Assembly (NCBI GenBank): GCA_963744815.1
Contig: CAVUVL010000014.1
Span: 14,344-78,343 of the forward strand
DNA length: 64,000 nt
From: an uncultured Solirubrobacterales bacterium
GTDB lineage: Bacteria; Actinomycetota; Thermoleophilia; Solirubrobacterales; Solirubrobacteraceae
Direction of reading: 5' to 3'
This document shows, piece by piece, positions 29,351-38,465 of this stretch. The notes under the pieces were generated by a model, which had not been told where the DNA came from, made no database searches, and was given only the letters and a program-made list of their open reading frames with translations. The position numbers and the translations under genes were made by a program. How positions within the stretch are numbered: the stretch's first letter is position 1; each line of letters opens with the position of its first letter.

Positions 29351-32300
29351 CAAACTCGCCCAGAGTTGCCGAAAGAAGTCGGATCCAGCTCTGCGGCCGC
29401 CTGTCCGTAGAACTCGACGGAGTCGAACTGGCCGCCAAGCTCAGAGGTAGGCAGGTGCCGCTGCTGCTGGCCTATCTGGTCCTGGACCGCCATCGCCCGT
29501 TCGGCCGGGAGGAGCTGATCGGTGCGCTCTGGCCCGAGCAAGCCCCGCAGTCCCAGGATGCGGCCCTGCGCACCCTGCTGTCGCGGCTGCGCACGGCGCT
29601 GGGCCGCGGCGTCCTGGTCGGGCGCGACGAGCTGGTGCTCGAGCTGCCCGAGCCGGCCTGGGTGGACGTCGAGGCGGCGATCGCCCATGCCCAGCGTGCC
29701 GACCGCGCCCTGATGGCCCAGGACCCGCGCGCCGCCTGGGCGCTGGCCCAGGTGCCGCTCAACATCGCCAGCCGGGGGCTGCTGCCGGGCGCTCAGGCGG
29801 CCTGGCTGGAGAGCCGCCGACGCGAGCTGTCCGATGTGCGCCTCCATGCCCTCGAGGTGATCGGGCGGGCCGGCCTGGCCTTGGGCGGCGGCCAGCTGGC
29901 CTCGGCACAACGGGCGGCGCGCGCCCTGATCGACGCCGAGCCCTACCGCGAGTCGGGCTACGTGCTGCTGATCCAGGCCGTCGCCGCGCAGGGCAACGTG
30001 GCCGAGGGCCTGCGCGTGTTCGAGCAGTTGCGGACGAAGCTGCGCGAGGATCTGGGCACCAACCCGTCGCCCGAGGCGATGGCGGCTCACGCAACGCTGC
30101 TGCGCCCGGCGATCCGCGACGAGTCGCTCACGGCCGAGGCCCGGCCCCCCGGGCCCGAGCTCGAGCTCACGGAACCCCAGCCCGCCGCGCAGCCGATCCC
30201 GCTGCCCAACGAGCTGCGGGCGGTGGCGATGGCGACGATGATCGGGCGGGTGGCCGAGCTGGCCGAGCTCGAGCGCTGGCTGTCGGGCGCCGGCCCGGAG
30301 CAGGGAGGGGACGAGCGCGGCGAGCGGGTCCTGATGGTCAGCGGTGACCCGGGAGTGGGCAAGACGCGGTTGCTGGCCGAGGTCGGCGCGCGGGCGCACG
30401 AGGCCGGCACCCTGGTGCTGGCCGGCCGCGCCCCCGAGGAGACGCTGGTCGCCTTTCAGCCGTTCCTCGAGGCGCTGGCCCACTACATAAGCGCGGCTCC
30501 GCTCGACGAGCTGCGGGCCAACACCCAGGCCCACGGCGCCGAGCTGGTCCGGCTGGTTCCCGAGCTGGGCCGGCGGCTGCCGGAGCTGCCGCCGCCCGAG
30601 ACGGGTGACTCGGAAACCGAGCGCTACCGCCTGTTCGAGGCGGTGGTCGGTCTGCTGGGCGATCTCTCGGCCGCGACCCCGGTGCTGATCGTGATCGATG
30701 ACCTGCACTGGGCCGACCGGCCGACGCTGATGCTGCTGCGGCACCTGGCCCGGACACCGCGCGTGGGCCGGCTGTCGATCATCGGCGCCTATCGCTCCAC
30801 CGAGCGCTGGAGCGAGGGGTTCTCGGCCGCCCTGGCCGGCCTGCGTCACGAGCGATTGGTAACTCAGATCGAGCTGCAGGGGCTGCCCGAGCGTGACGCG
30901 GTCAGGCTCATCGGGCTGCGCCAGGGGCGACCGCCGGCCGCCGACTTCGCCCACGCTCTCTACGAGGAGACCGAGGGCAACCCGTTCTTCATCGAGGAGA
31001 TCCTCAGCCACCTGCAGGACTCGGGTGTCGAGGTTCACCGGGCCGGGGTCTACGACCTCCAGCACTTCGGGCTACCCGACGACGTTCGCGAGGTGATCTC
31101 GCGGCGGCTGGCGCGGCTCAGCCCGGACACGATCGAGGCGATGCGGGTGGCCTCGGTGATCGGCCGCGAGTTCGACGGCGCGCTGCTCGAGGATGTGCTG
31201 GCGCTCGACGAGGACACCTACCTGCGAACGCTCGAAGAGGCTCTGGGGGCGGGCTTGGTGACCGAGTCGACGGTGACGACCGGGGGCTACACATTCGCCC
31301 ACATGCTGATCCGGGAGACCCTGTACGAGGGGATGTCGACCGCGCGCCGGAGCCGCCTGCACCGGCGCGTCGGGCTGGCCCTGGAGCGCCAGGACCCCGA
31401 GCGCAACGTCAACGCTTTGGCCCACCACTTCACCCGGACGGCCGACCCCGAGGACGCCGAGCGGGCGATCACCTACGCGCTGGCGGCGGGCGAGCAGGCC
31501 ACGTTGATGCTGGCCCACGAGCAGGCCGCCGACCACTACGCCCGCGCGCTCGAGGTGCTCGAGCAATTCGAGCCGGGCGCCGAGGCACGCCGCTGTGAGC
31601 TGCTGCTGGAGCTGGGCGAGGCGCGGGTGCGCAGCGGCGAACGCCGCCGGGCGTGGCCTTCGTTTCGCGAGGCCGCCTCGCTGGCCGCCGGGCTGGGCGA
31701 TGGTGAGGCCCTGGCGCGAGCCGCGATCGGTGCCTCGCGGCGATATCTGCAGCCTCCCGGCGTGATCGACAAGGAGCTGATCGGGATGCTCGATCAAGCC
31801 CTGGCCATATCCAGCGGCCAGCACACGGTGATGCGCGTCCGCCTGCTGTCGCGCCTGTGCGGAGCGCTGTATTACTCGCCCGAGGCCCACCGGATGCAGG
31901 CGCTCAGCGCCGAGGCGTCGGAGATCGCCGCTGAGCTCGAGGAGCCGCTCGCCACGGCGCTGGCCGCGGCGGCCCGCCGCCGGGCCTGGTGGAGCCCTGA
32001 GCATCTCGAGCGTCGGCTCGGCGACGCCACCGAGCTGCTGCGCGCGGCGCTGCTGGCCAAGGACCCCGAACTGGTCCTCCAGGGCCACGCCTGGCTCGTG
32101 GTGGACCTGCTCGAGCAGGGCGACCTGGCGGGCGTCGAGGCCCAGATCGAGGCGTTCGCGGCCGGCGCCCGCGAGCTGCGCCAGCCGCTGTATCTGTGGC
32201 AGGTCGCGGTCTGGCGGGTGATGCAGGCGCTGCTGGCGGGGCGCCTGAGCACGGCCGACCGGCTGGCCACCGAGGCCCTGGCGGCCGGAATCCGGCCCGA

Positions 32301-32934
32301 GAGCGAAACCGCGCCCCAGTACTACGCGATCCAGGTCCTGGCCATCCGCCGCGAGCAGTCCCGGATGGGCGAGCTCGAGCCGACCCTGCGCGAACTGGTC
32401 AAGAGCAACCCCCACCGCCCGGCATGGCGCGCCGCCTTTGCCGCGCTGCTGTTCGAGACCGGCCGGCCCGAGGAAGCGCGCGCCGAGCTGGAGACGGTCA
32501 GCCCGGAGTCGCTGGCCGAGATTCCACGTGACGGTGACTGGATCATCGCCATGATCCTGCTGGCCGACGCCGCCGCCGGGATCGGGGATCCGGTGCGGTC
32601 ACGGGCCCTCTACGAGCTGCTGGTGCCCTACCGGGAGCGGGTCGTCGTGATCGGCCTGGCCGCCGTGTGTCTCGGCGCTGTGGCGCGCTTTCTGGGCCGG
32701 TTGGCCCTGGCCGCCGGAGACCGGGCCACCGCCCTGGAGCACTTCGAGGCGGCGCTGGAGGCCAACGCCGAGCTCCGCGCTTCGGTGCAGCTCGCCCATA
32801 CCCAGCTCGACTATGCCGAGGCGCTGAGGGCGGGGCCGCGCGCGCGGACCCTGGTGGCGGCCGCCCAGCGCCTGGCCGCCGAGATGCATCTGCCTGCCGT
32901 GGCCCGCCGGGCCGAGCAGCTCGCTTCCAACTAA
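29347..32934 (+). CDS. SARP/AfsR-like regulator: wHTH + BTAD + AAA ATPase + TPR (start uncertain)
   Basis: LLLAYLVL..LIGALWP..LRTLLSRLR, EPYRESGY..GNVAEGL, SGDPGVGKTRL, IDDLHWAD, TEGNPFF. Confidence 0.92.
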   Translation: MPNSPRVAERSRIQLCGRLSVELDGVELAAKLRGRQVPLLLAYLVLDRHRPFGREELIGALWPEQAPQSQDAALRTLLSRLRTALGRGVLVGRDELVLELPEPAWVDVEAAIAHAQRADRALMAQDPRAAWALAQVPLNIASRGLLPGAQAAWLESRRRELSDVRLHALEVIGRAGLALGGGQLASAQRAARALIDAEPYRESGYVLLIQAVAAQGNVAEGLRVFEQLRTKLREDLGTNPSPEAMAAHATLLRPAIRDESLTAEARPPGPELELTEPQPAAQPIPLPNELRAVAMATMIGRVAELAELERWLSGAGPEQGGDERGERVLMVSGDPGVGKTRLLAEVGARAHEAGTLVLAGRAPEETLVAFQPFLEALAHYISAAPLDELRANTQAHGAELVRLVPELGRRLPELPPPETGDSETERYRLFEAVVGLLGDLSAATPVLIVIDDLHWADRPTLMLLRHLARTPRVGRLSIIGAYRSTERWSEGFSAALAGLRHERLVTQIELQGLPERDAVRLIGLRQGRPPAADFAHALYEETEGNPFFIEEILSHLQDSGVEVHRAGVYDLQHFGLPDDVREVISRRLARLSPDTIEAMRVASVIGREFDGALLEDVLALDEDTYLRTLEEALGAGLVTESTVTTGGYTFAHMLIRETLYEGMSTARRSRLHRRVGLALERQDPERNVNALAHHFTRTADPEDAERAITYALAAGEQATLMLAHEQAADHYARALEVLEQFEPGAEARRCELLLELGEARVRSGERRRAWPSFREAASLAAGLGDGEALARAAIGASRRYLQPPGVIDKELIGMLDQALAISSGQHTVMRVRLLSRLCGALYYSPEAHRMQALSAEASEIAAELEEPLATALAAAARRRAWWSPEHLERRLGDATELLRAALLAKDPELVLQGHAWLVVDLLEQGDLAGVEAQIEAFAAGARELRQPLYLWQVAVWRVMQALLAGRLSTADRLATEALAAGIRPESETAPQYYAIQVLAIRREQSRMGELEPTLRELVKSNPHRPAWRAAFAALLFETGRPEEARAELETVSPESLAEIPRDGDWIIAMILLADAAAGIGDPVRSRALYELLVPYRERVVVIGLAAVCLGAVARFLGRLALAAGDRATALEHFEAALEANAELRASVQLAHTQLDYAEALRAGPRARTLVAAAQRLAAEMHLPAVARRAEQLASN

Positions 32935-32990
32935 CGCCTCGCAACAGCGGTTTCCGGTGGGGCTTGCCGGGGGCGCTACCCTGCCACCCC

Positions 32991-35222
32991 ATGTCCAAGA
33001 CGCTCGTCATCGCCGAGAAGCCATCCGTCGGACGCGACCTCGTCCGAGTGCTCCCCGGCGCCTTCACCAAGGGCGAGGGCTACCTCGAGGGACCCGAGCA
33101 CGTGGTCACCTGGGCCGTCGGGCACCTCGTGCAGCTGGCCGACCCCGACGAATACGACGACAAGTTCAAGAAGTGGCGCATGGCCGACCTGCCGATCGTG
33201 CCCGATCAGTTCAAGCTGGTGGTCCGCGACGAGCGCTCCAAGAAGCAGATGAACGTGGTCAAGCGGATGCTGGGCCGCGACGACGTCGACAACGTGGTCA
33301 ACGCGTGTGACGCCGGCCGCGAGGGCGAGCTGATCTTCGCCTACCTGTACGAGAAGTCGGGCTCGCGCAAGCCGGTGCAGCGGCTGTGGCTGAACTCGAT
33401 GACCAAGGCGGCGATCGAGAACGCGTTCGGTTCCCTGCGCCCTGCCTCCGAGCTGGCCACCCTGGAGGCGGCCGCGCGCTCGCGCTCGGAGGCCGACTGG
33501 ATCGTGGGCATGAACTCGACCCGGGCGGCCACCATCCGCCTGCGCTCGTCGTTTGACGGGGCGGTTTCGCTGGGGCGCGTGCAGACCCCCACGCTGGCGA
33601 TCCTGGCCCGCCGCGAGGAGGAGATCCGGGCGTTCAAGCCCGAGCCCTACTGGATCGTCGACGCTCAGTTCGACCCCGTCCAGGACACTCCCCGCCGGTA
33701 TGAGGGCCGCTACCACTCCGGCTCCAACCCACGCCTGAAGTCGGCGGCCGAGGCCGCCGCCGTGGTGGCCGATTGCGAGGGCCAGACCGGCACGATCACC
33801 AAGCTCGACAAGTCAGAGCGCAAGGAGCGCCCGCCGCTGCTCTATGACCTGACCTCGTTGCAGCGCGACGCCAACAGCCGCTTCGGGTTCTCGGCCCGGC
33901 GCACGCTGGCCGCCGCCCAGCGCCTGTACGAGGAGCACAAGGCGCTCACCTACCCGCGCACCAACTCGCGCTACCTGACCGGCGACATGGTCGGCGAGAT
34001 CAAGCCGATCGCCCGGCTGGTGGGCGAGCGCGCCGAGTACGCCAACGGCGCCCAGTACGTGCTCGGGCTCGATGTCCTGCCGCTGGCCCGCGTGGTCAAC
34101 GACGCCAAGGTCACAGACCACCACGCGATCATCCCCACCCGCGCCGAGCGCCACCCGGTGGACAAGATGAACGACGACGACAAGCGCATCTATGACCTGG
34201 TGGTCAAGCGCTTTCTCGCCATCTTCCACCCCGAGGCCGTGTTCGAGAACACCCGCGTCGAGACGACCGTGGCCCAGCACGTGTTCCGTACGCGCGGCAA
34301 GCTGATGCTCGTGCCGGGCTGGCGCGGGGTGTACGGCGAGACCGCTGACGCCGACACCAGCCGCGACGACGACGACGACGGTCGCGAGCAGCAACTGCCC
34401 AAGCTCATGCTCGACGAGGCCGTCTCGGTTCTCGAGGTCGTATTCGAGGAGAAGGAGACCAAGCCACCCCGGCGCTACACCGAGGGCGCCCTGCTGGCGG
34501 CGATGGAGACGGCCGGCAAGCTGGTCGACGAGGAGGAGCTGCGCGAGGCCATGAAGGACTCGGGGATCGGCACCCCGGCCACGCGGGCGGCGATCATCGA
34601 GCGCCTCCTCCAAGTCGGTTACATCGAGCGCGATGCCCGCGCCCTGGTGGTCACCGAGAAGGGTCTCAACGTGATCCGTTTGTTGGGCGAGCATCCGCTG
34701 ACCAGTCCGGGCTTGACCGGAGATTGGGAGCACCGTCTGGCCAAGATCGAGACCGGCCAGGACTCGCGCGAGGCGTTCATGGGCGACATCGTCAAGTTCA
34801 CCGAGGAGACCGTCGGCGAGCTCGACACCAAGCTCAAGGACGTCCGCATCCCCCGCGCCAACCTCGGCCCGTGCCCGGTATGCGGCCGCGACATCGTCGA
34901 GAACCGCAAGGGCTATTCGTGCTGGTCACGCGAGGACCCGGGCTGCGGGTTCGTGATCTGGAAGTCCAAGGCGGGCAAGCAGCTGCCGGTGTCGGTGGCC
35001 CGCGAGCTGATCAAGACCGGGCGCACCGCGCGGGCCGTGACCGGTTTCAAGGGACGCTCGGGCAAGAGCTTCCGTGCCCGGCTGGCGCTGCAGCAGAACG
35101 AGGACGGCAAGTGGCGGGTCGAGTTCGACGAGCCGTGGGCCAAGGAAGGGGCGCGCCTCCCCGACACCGATGAGGCAGCCCGGCCGTCGGACGCCGAGGC
35201 CCAACAGACCGCGGCGGCGTGA
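32991..35222 (+). CDS. topB: DNA topoisomerase III
   Basis: LVIAEKPS, NACDAGREGE, GRVQTPTL, TYPRT, DHHAIIPT, GIGTPATRA, C-terminal CPVC zinc ribbon. Confidence 0.93.
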   Translation: MSKTLVIAEKPSVGRDLVRVLPGAFTKGEGYLEGPEHVVTWAVGHLVQLADPDEYDDKFKKWRMADLPIVPDQFKLVVRDERSKKQMNVVKRMLGRDDVDNVVNACDAGREGELIFAYLYEKSGSRKPVQRLWLNSMTKAAIENAFGSLRPASELATLEAAARSRSEADWIVGMNSTRAATIRLRSSFDGAVSLGRVQTPTLAILARREEEIRAFKPEPYWIVDAQFDPVQDTPRRYEGRYHSGSNPRLKSAAEAAAVVADCEGQTGTITKLDKSERKERPPLLYDLTSLQRDANSRFGFSARRTLAAAQRLYEEHKALTYPRTNSRYLTGDMVGEIKPIARLVGERAEYANGAQYVLGLDVLPLARVVNDAKVTDHHAIIPTRAERHPVDKMNDDDKRIYDLVVKRFLAIFHPEAVFENTRVETTVAQHVFRTRGKLMLVPGWRGVYGETADADTSRDDDDDGREQQLPKLMLDEAVSVLEVVFEEKETKPPRRYTEGALLAAMETAGKLVDEEELREAMKDSGIGTPATRAAIIERLLQVGYIERDARALVVTEKGLNVIRLLGEHPLTSPGLTGDWEHRLAKIETGQDSREAFMGDIVKFTEETVGELDTKLKDVRIPRANLGPCPVCGRDIVENRKGYSCWSREDPGCGFVIWKSKAGKQLPVSVARELIKTGRTARAVTGFKGRSGKSFRARLALQQNEDGKWRVEFDEPWAKEGARLPDTDEAARPSDAEAQQTAAA

Positions 35223-36330
35223 GCCGTCGGCCCCGGGTCGCGTTCTGCGATCTGCGGGCCTCGCACGAGTTCCGGGCCGCGGCGACCGAGGCCGCGCTGC
35301 TCCGGGTGGCCCGGTCCGGACGCTACGTGCTCGGACCCGAGACCGAGGCCTTCGAGCACGAGTTCGCCGCCTGCTGCGGCGCGGCGCACGGGGTCGGGGT
35401 GGGCAGCGGCACCGACGCGCTGACGCTGATCCTGCGGGCCGCCGGCGTGGGGGCGGGCGACGAGGTCGTGGTCCCGGCCTACACCGCGGCCGCGACCTGG
35501 ATGGCCGTGGTGGCCGCCGGGGCTCGCCCGGTGGGGGCCGACGTGCACCCCGGCACCGGTCTGGTGGCGCCCGATGCGGTCCGAGCCGCGGTCGGCCCGC
35601 GGACCGCCGCGCTGATCGGCGTGCACCTGTTCGGACGGCTGGCCCCGATCTCCGAGCTGCGGCGGATCGCCCAGCCACGCGGGCTGCTGGTGATCGAGGA
35701 CGCCGCCCACGCCGCGGGGGTCGACGAGGGTCACGGCCCGGCCGGCTCGCTGGCCGACGCGGCCGCGTTCTCCTTTTATCCGACCAAGCCGCTTGGCGCG
35801 CTGGGGGACGGCGGGGCGGTGGTGACCGACGACCCGCGACTGGCCGCCGAAGTGCGCCGGCTGCGCTCCTACGGCTGGTCGCAGTGGCAGGGCCAGGCCG
35901 AGCGTCCGGGCGTCAACTCGCGGCTGGACGAGCTCCAGGCGGCGGTCCTGCGCGAGCGGCTGGCCGAGCTCCCAGGCGCCCACGCGCGGCTTCGCGCGAT
36001 GGCCCGCGCCTATCGCTCACGTCTGGGTGATCGCGGCGATCTCGGGCTCCCCGCCGCGGGCCTCGGCGGCGAGCCTCCGTGGCACCAGTTCGTGGTCACC
36101 CACGAGCGGCGCGACGCGCTGCGAACCGCGCTGGCTCGGGCCGGGGTGGCGTCGGCCGTGCACTATGACCCGGTGCCCCCGCAGCTGCACGCCTTCGTCG
36201 GATCCGGGGACTTCCCCCAGGCCCGTCGGCTCGCCGCCCGGGCGGTGAGCCTGCCGTTCGACGCCTGGCTCACCGACGCCGACGTCGACTATGTCGGCGA
36301 CGCGCTCGCGGTCGTGCTTGGACAGCTGGT
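35219..36330 (+). CDS. DegT/DnrJ/EryC1/StrS sugar aminotransferase (true stop unclear; ORF reads on to 36613)
   Basis: GSGTDAL, VHLFG, IEDAAHA, SFYPTKPLGALGDGG, NSRLDELQAA. Confidence 0.9.
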
Positions 36331-36729
36331 CGAGCGGCAGCTCGGCCCTGTCGCTCACGTAGTCCGATGGGTCGTGGGGCCCGTCGGCGAACACCAGGAT
36401 CGTGGCGCCATCGTCCTCGGCCACGATCTCGTGCCAGACCCCGGGCGGCGATGTTCAGCGTCTCGGCCTCCGACCAGCCGGGTCGGTTCGCAGCGTGCTC
36501 CGTCGTCGATGGTGATCGTGGCGGCACCGCAGATCCCGACCAGGAATCGCTGCTGGGTGCGGCACGCGTGTCCGGCCCGGGGGACCCCGGCGGACAGTTC
36601 GGACAGCACATAGGAGCGGGCCACCTCGAACGGGACCGTCTCGGCCTCGACCAGTGTCAGCTTGCCACGCGGATCGCCGAACACCGGCGTCACGCCACGC
36701 TTCACCGCACCGAGCCCCTCGTCTCCCAC
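36320..36729 (-). CDS. FdtA/QdtA (WxcM-like) sugar 3,4-ketoisomerase cupin; frameshifted, end uncertain
   Basis: DPRGKLTLVE..VPFEVARSY..RAGHAC..ITIDDG, then VWHEI..ILVFADGPHDPSDYV in another frame. Confidence 0.8.
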
Positions 36730-36771
36730 GGCGCGCCATGCTACCGCCGAGGCGGCTGCGATGCTGCGCCC

Positions 36772-37794
36772 ATGTCCGATCTCTCGGCGTGGCTGCGCAG
36801 TCGCCTGTGGCCGACCCGCCGCAACTACGAATGGCGCCATGAACAGCTGGCCGACGAGGTCAGGGAGCTGCGCCGGCTCGTGGAGGAGCTGACCGTCGAG
36901 CAGCGAATCCGGCTGGAAGCTCTCCACGACTCCCAGCGGCGCCTGAACGAGTTTGGCGCCGAGCTGCGCACGCGGCTGCGCCGGACGCAGGCCCTGACCG
37001 CACGGGTCTACGAGGCACAGCATCGCTGGCCCGAGCTGCTTGAGGCGGCACGCGCCGACCCCGGCTACGAGCTCGCATACACGGAGTCCGAGCCGCTGGT
37101 CAGCGTGACCGTTACCACTTATCACTCGCCCGACACACTGTGCGAGCGCGCGCTGGCCTCGGTGCGGGCTCAGAGCTACGAGCACTGGGAGGCGATCGTC
37201 GTCGGCGACCACTGCACCGATGACACCGAGTCCCGGGTACGGGCGCTCGGCGACGAGCGGATCCGCTGGCACAATCTGGCCGTGCGCGAGAACGATCCCG
37301 ACGACCCGTGGGAGCGCTGGGCGGTGAAGGGCAGCGTGCCGCGGGCCACCGCGGTGCAGATGGCCCGTGGCCGGTGGATTGCGCCGCTCAGCCACGACGA
37401 CGAATGGGACGCTGACCACCTCGCGGCGCTGCTGGCAGCGGCAAGGCAGTCGCGGGCCGAAGTCGCCTACTCGTCCATGCGCGTCGTCCCGGCGGCGCAC
37501 CCCGAGCAGTCGCCGACCGGCTCGTGTGGAGCGTGGCCACCGCGAATGGGCGCGTTCAACTGGCAGTCATCCATGTTCCACGGCGAGCTGCGCTTCCTGG
37601 GCTTCGACCGCACGTGCGCGCTGGCCTCAGAGCCCAACGACTGGAACCTGGCTCGCCGTGCCTGGGAGGCGGGCGTGCGCTTCCACTTTCTGGACCGCGA
37701 GACGTCGACGCTGTACGTGCGTCCCAGCCACGAGCAGATCTATGCCGAGCTCGAGGCCGCCGGTCTGCCCCCGCACGCGGTCGCCTTTCCGTGA
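36772..37794 (+). CDS. Glycosyltransferase family 2 with N-terminal coiled coil
   Basis: PLVSVTVTTY, QSYEHWEAIVVGDHCTDDT, ARGRWIAPLSHDD. Confidence 0.88.
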   Translation: MSDLSAWLRSRLWPTRRNYEWRHEQLADEVRELRRLVEELTVEQRIRLEALHDSQRRLNEFGAELRTRLRRTQALTARVYEAQHRWPELLEAARADPGYELAYTESEPLVSVTVTTYHSPDTLCERALASVRAQSYEHWEAIVVGDHCTDDTESRVRALGDERIRWHNLAVRENDPDDPWERWAVKGSVPRATAVQMARGRWIAPLSHDDEWDADHLAALLAAARQSRAEVAYSSMRVVPAAHPEQSPTGSCGAWPPRMGAFNWQSSMFHGELRFLGFDRTCALASEPNDWNLARRAWEAGVRFHFLDRETSTLYVRPSHEQIYAELEAAGLPPHAVAFP

Positions 37795-38429
37795 GGTTCG
37801 TCCTCTACGCGGTCTCCACCCCCCACGCCAGCGAGCTGGTCGAGACTGCCGGGCGTCTGGGGTGGGAGCTGGCCGCCGCGGTCCGCAACATTCCGGGTCT
37901 GCCGGTGCCCGACGAGGTACCGGCGCCGGTCGAGATCGACGGACTGGAGGCCGACCTCCTGGCGCTGCCCTTCGCCGTCGCCCAGACCAATCCAGCCCAG
38001 CGACGGGAGGCGATCGCCGACGCGTACCGGCGCGGTTTCGCCATCGCCGCGACGATGGTTGACCCAACCTCGGTCGTGGCTCGCACCTCCACGATCGGCC
38101 CGGGGAGCTTCGTCGGTGCCACATCAGTGGTCGGCGCCGGGGCGCGCATCGGCAGCGGCTCCATGGTTGGCCGGTCGTGCTCGCTCGGCCATCACGTATG
38201 GCTCGGCGACTACGCGAGTGTGGGTCCGGGCGTGGTCGTGGCCGGAAGCTGCCGGATCGAGACCGGTGCGTTTCTCGGCGCGGGGGCGGTGCTGGCTCCG
38301 AAGATAGAGATCGGCGCGGGCGCGCTGGTGGGTGCCGGCGCCGTGGTCATCGCGGACGTGGAGCCGGACACCGTCGTTGTCGGCAACCCGGCCCGGTTTC
38401 TCAGACGCTGCGGTGCCGGGGATCGCTGA
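37791..38429 (+). CDS. Hexapeptide-repeat sugar acetyltransferase (PglD/NeuD-like)
   Basis: IGPGSFVG, SLGHH, IGAGALVGAGAVV, VVGNPAR. Confidence 0.88.
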   Translation: MRFVLYAVSTPHASELVETAGRLGWELAAAVRNIPGLPVPDEVPAPVEIDGLEADLLALPFAVAQTNPAQRREAIADAYRRGFAIAATMVDPTSVVARTSTIGPGSFVGATSVVGAGARIGSGSMVGRSCSLGHHVWLGDYASVGPGVVVAGSCRIETGAFLGAGAVLAPKIEIGAGALVGAGAVVIADVEPDTVVVGNPARFLRRCGAGDR

Positions 38430-38465
38430 ACCGAATCGTCTTCGACGCCCGCCAAGATAGGGCAG

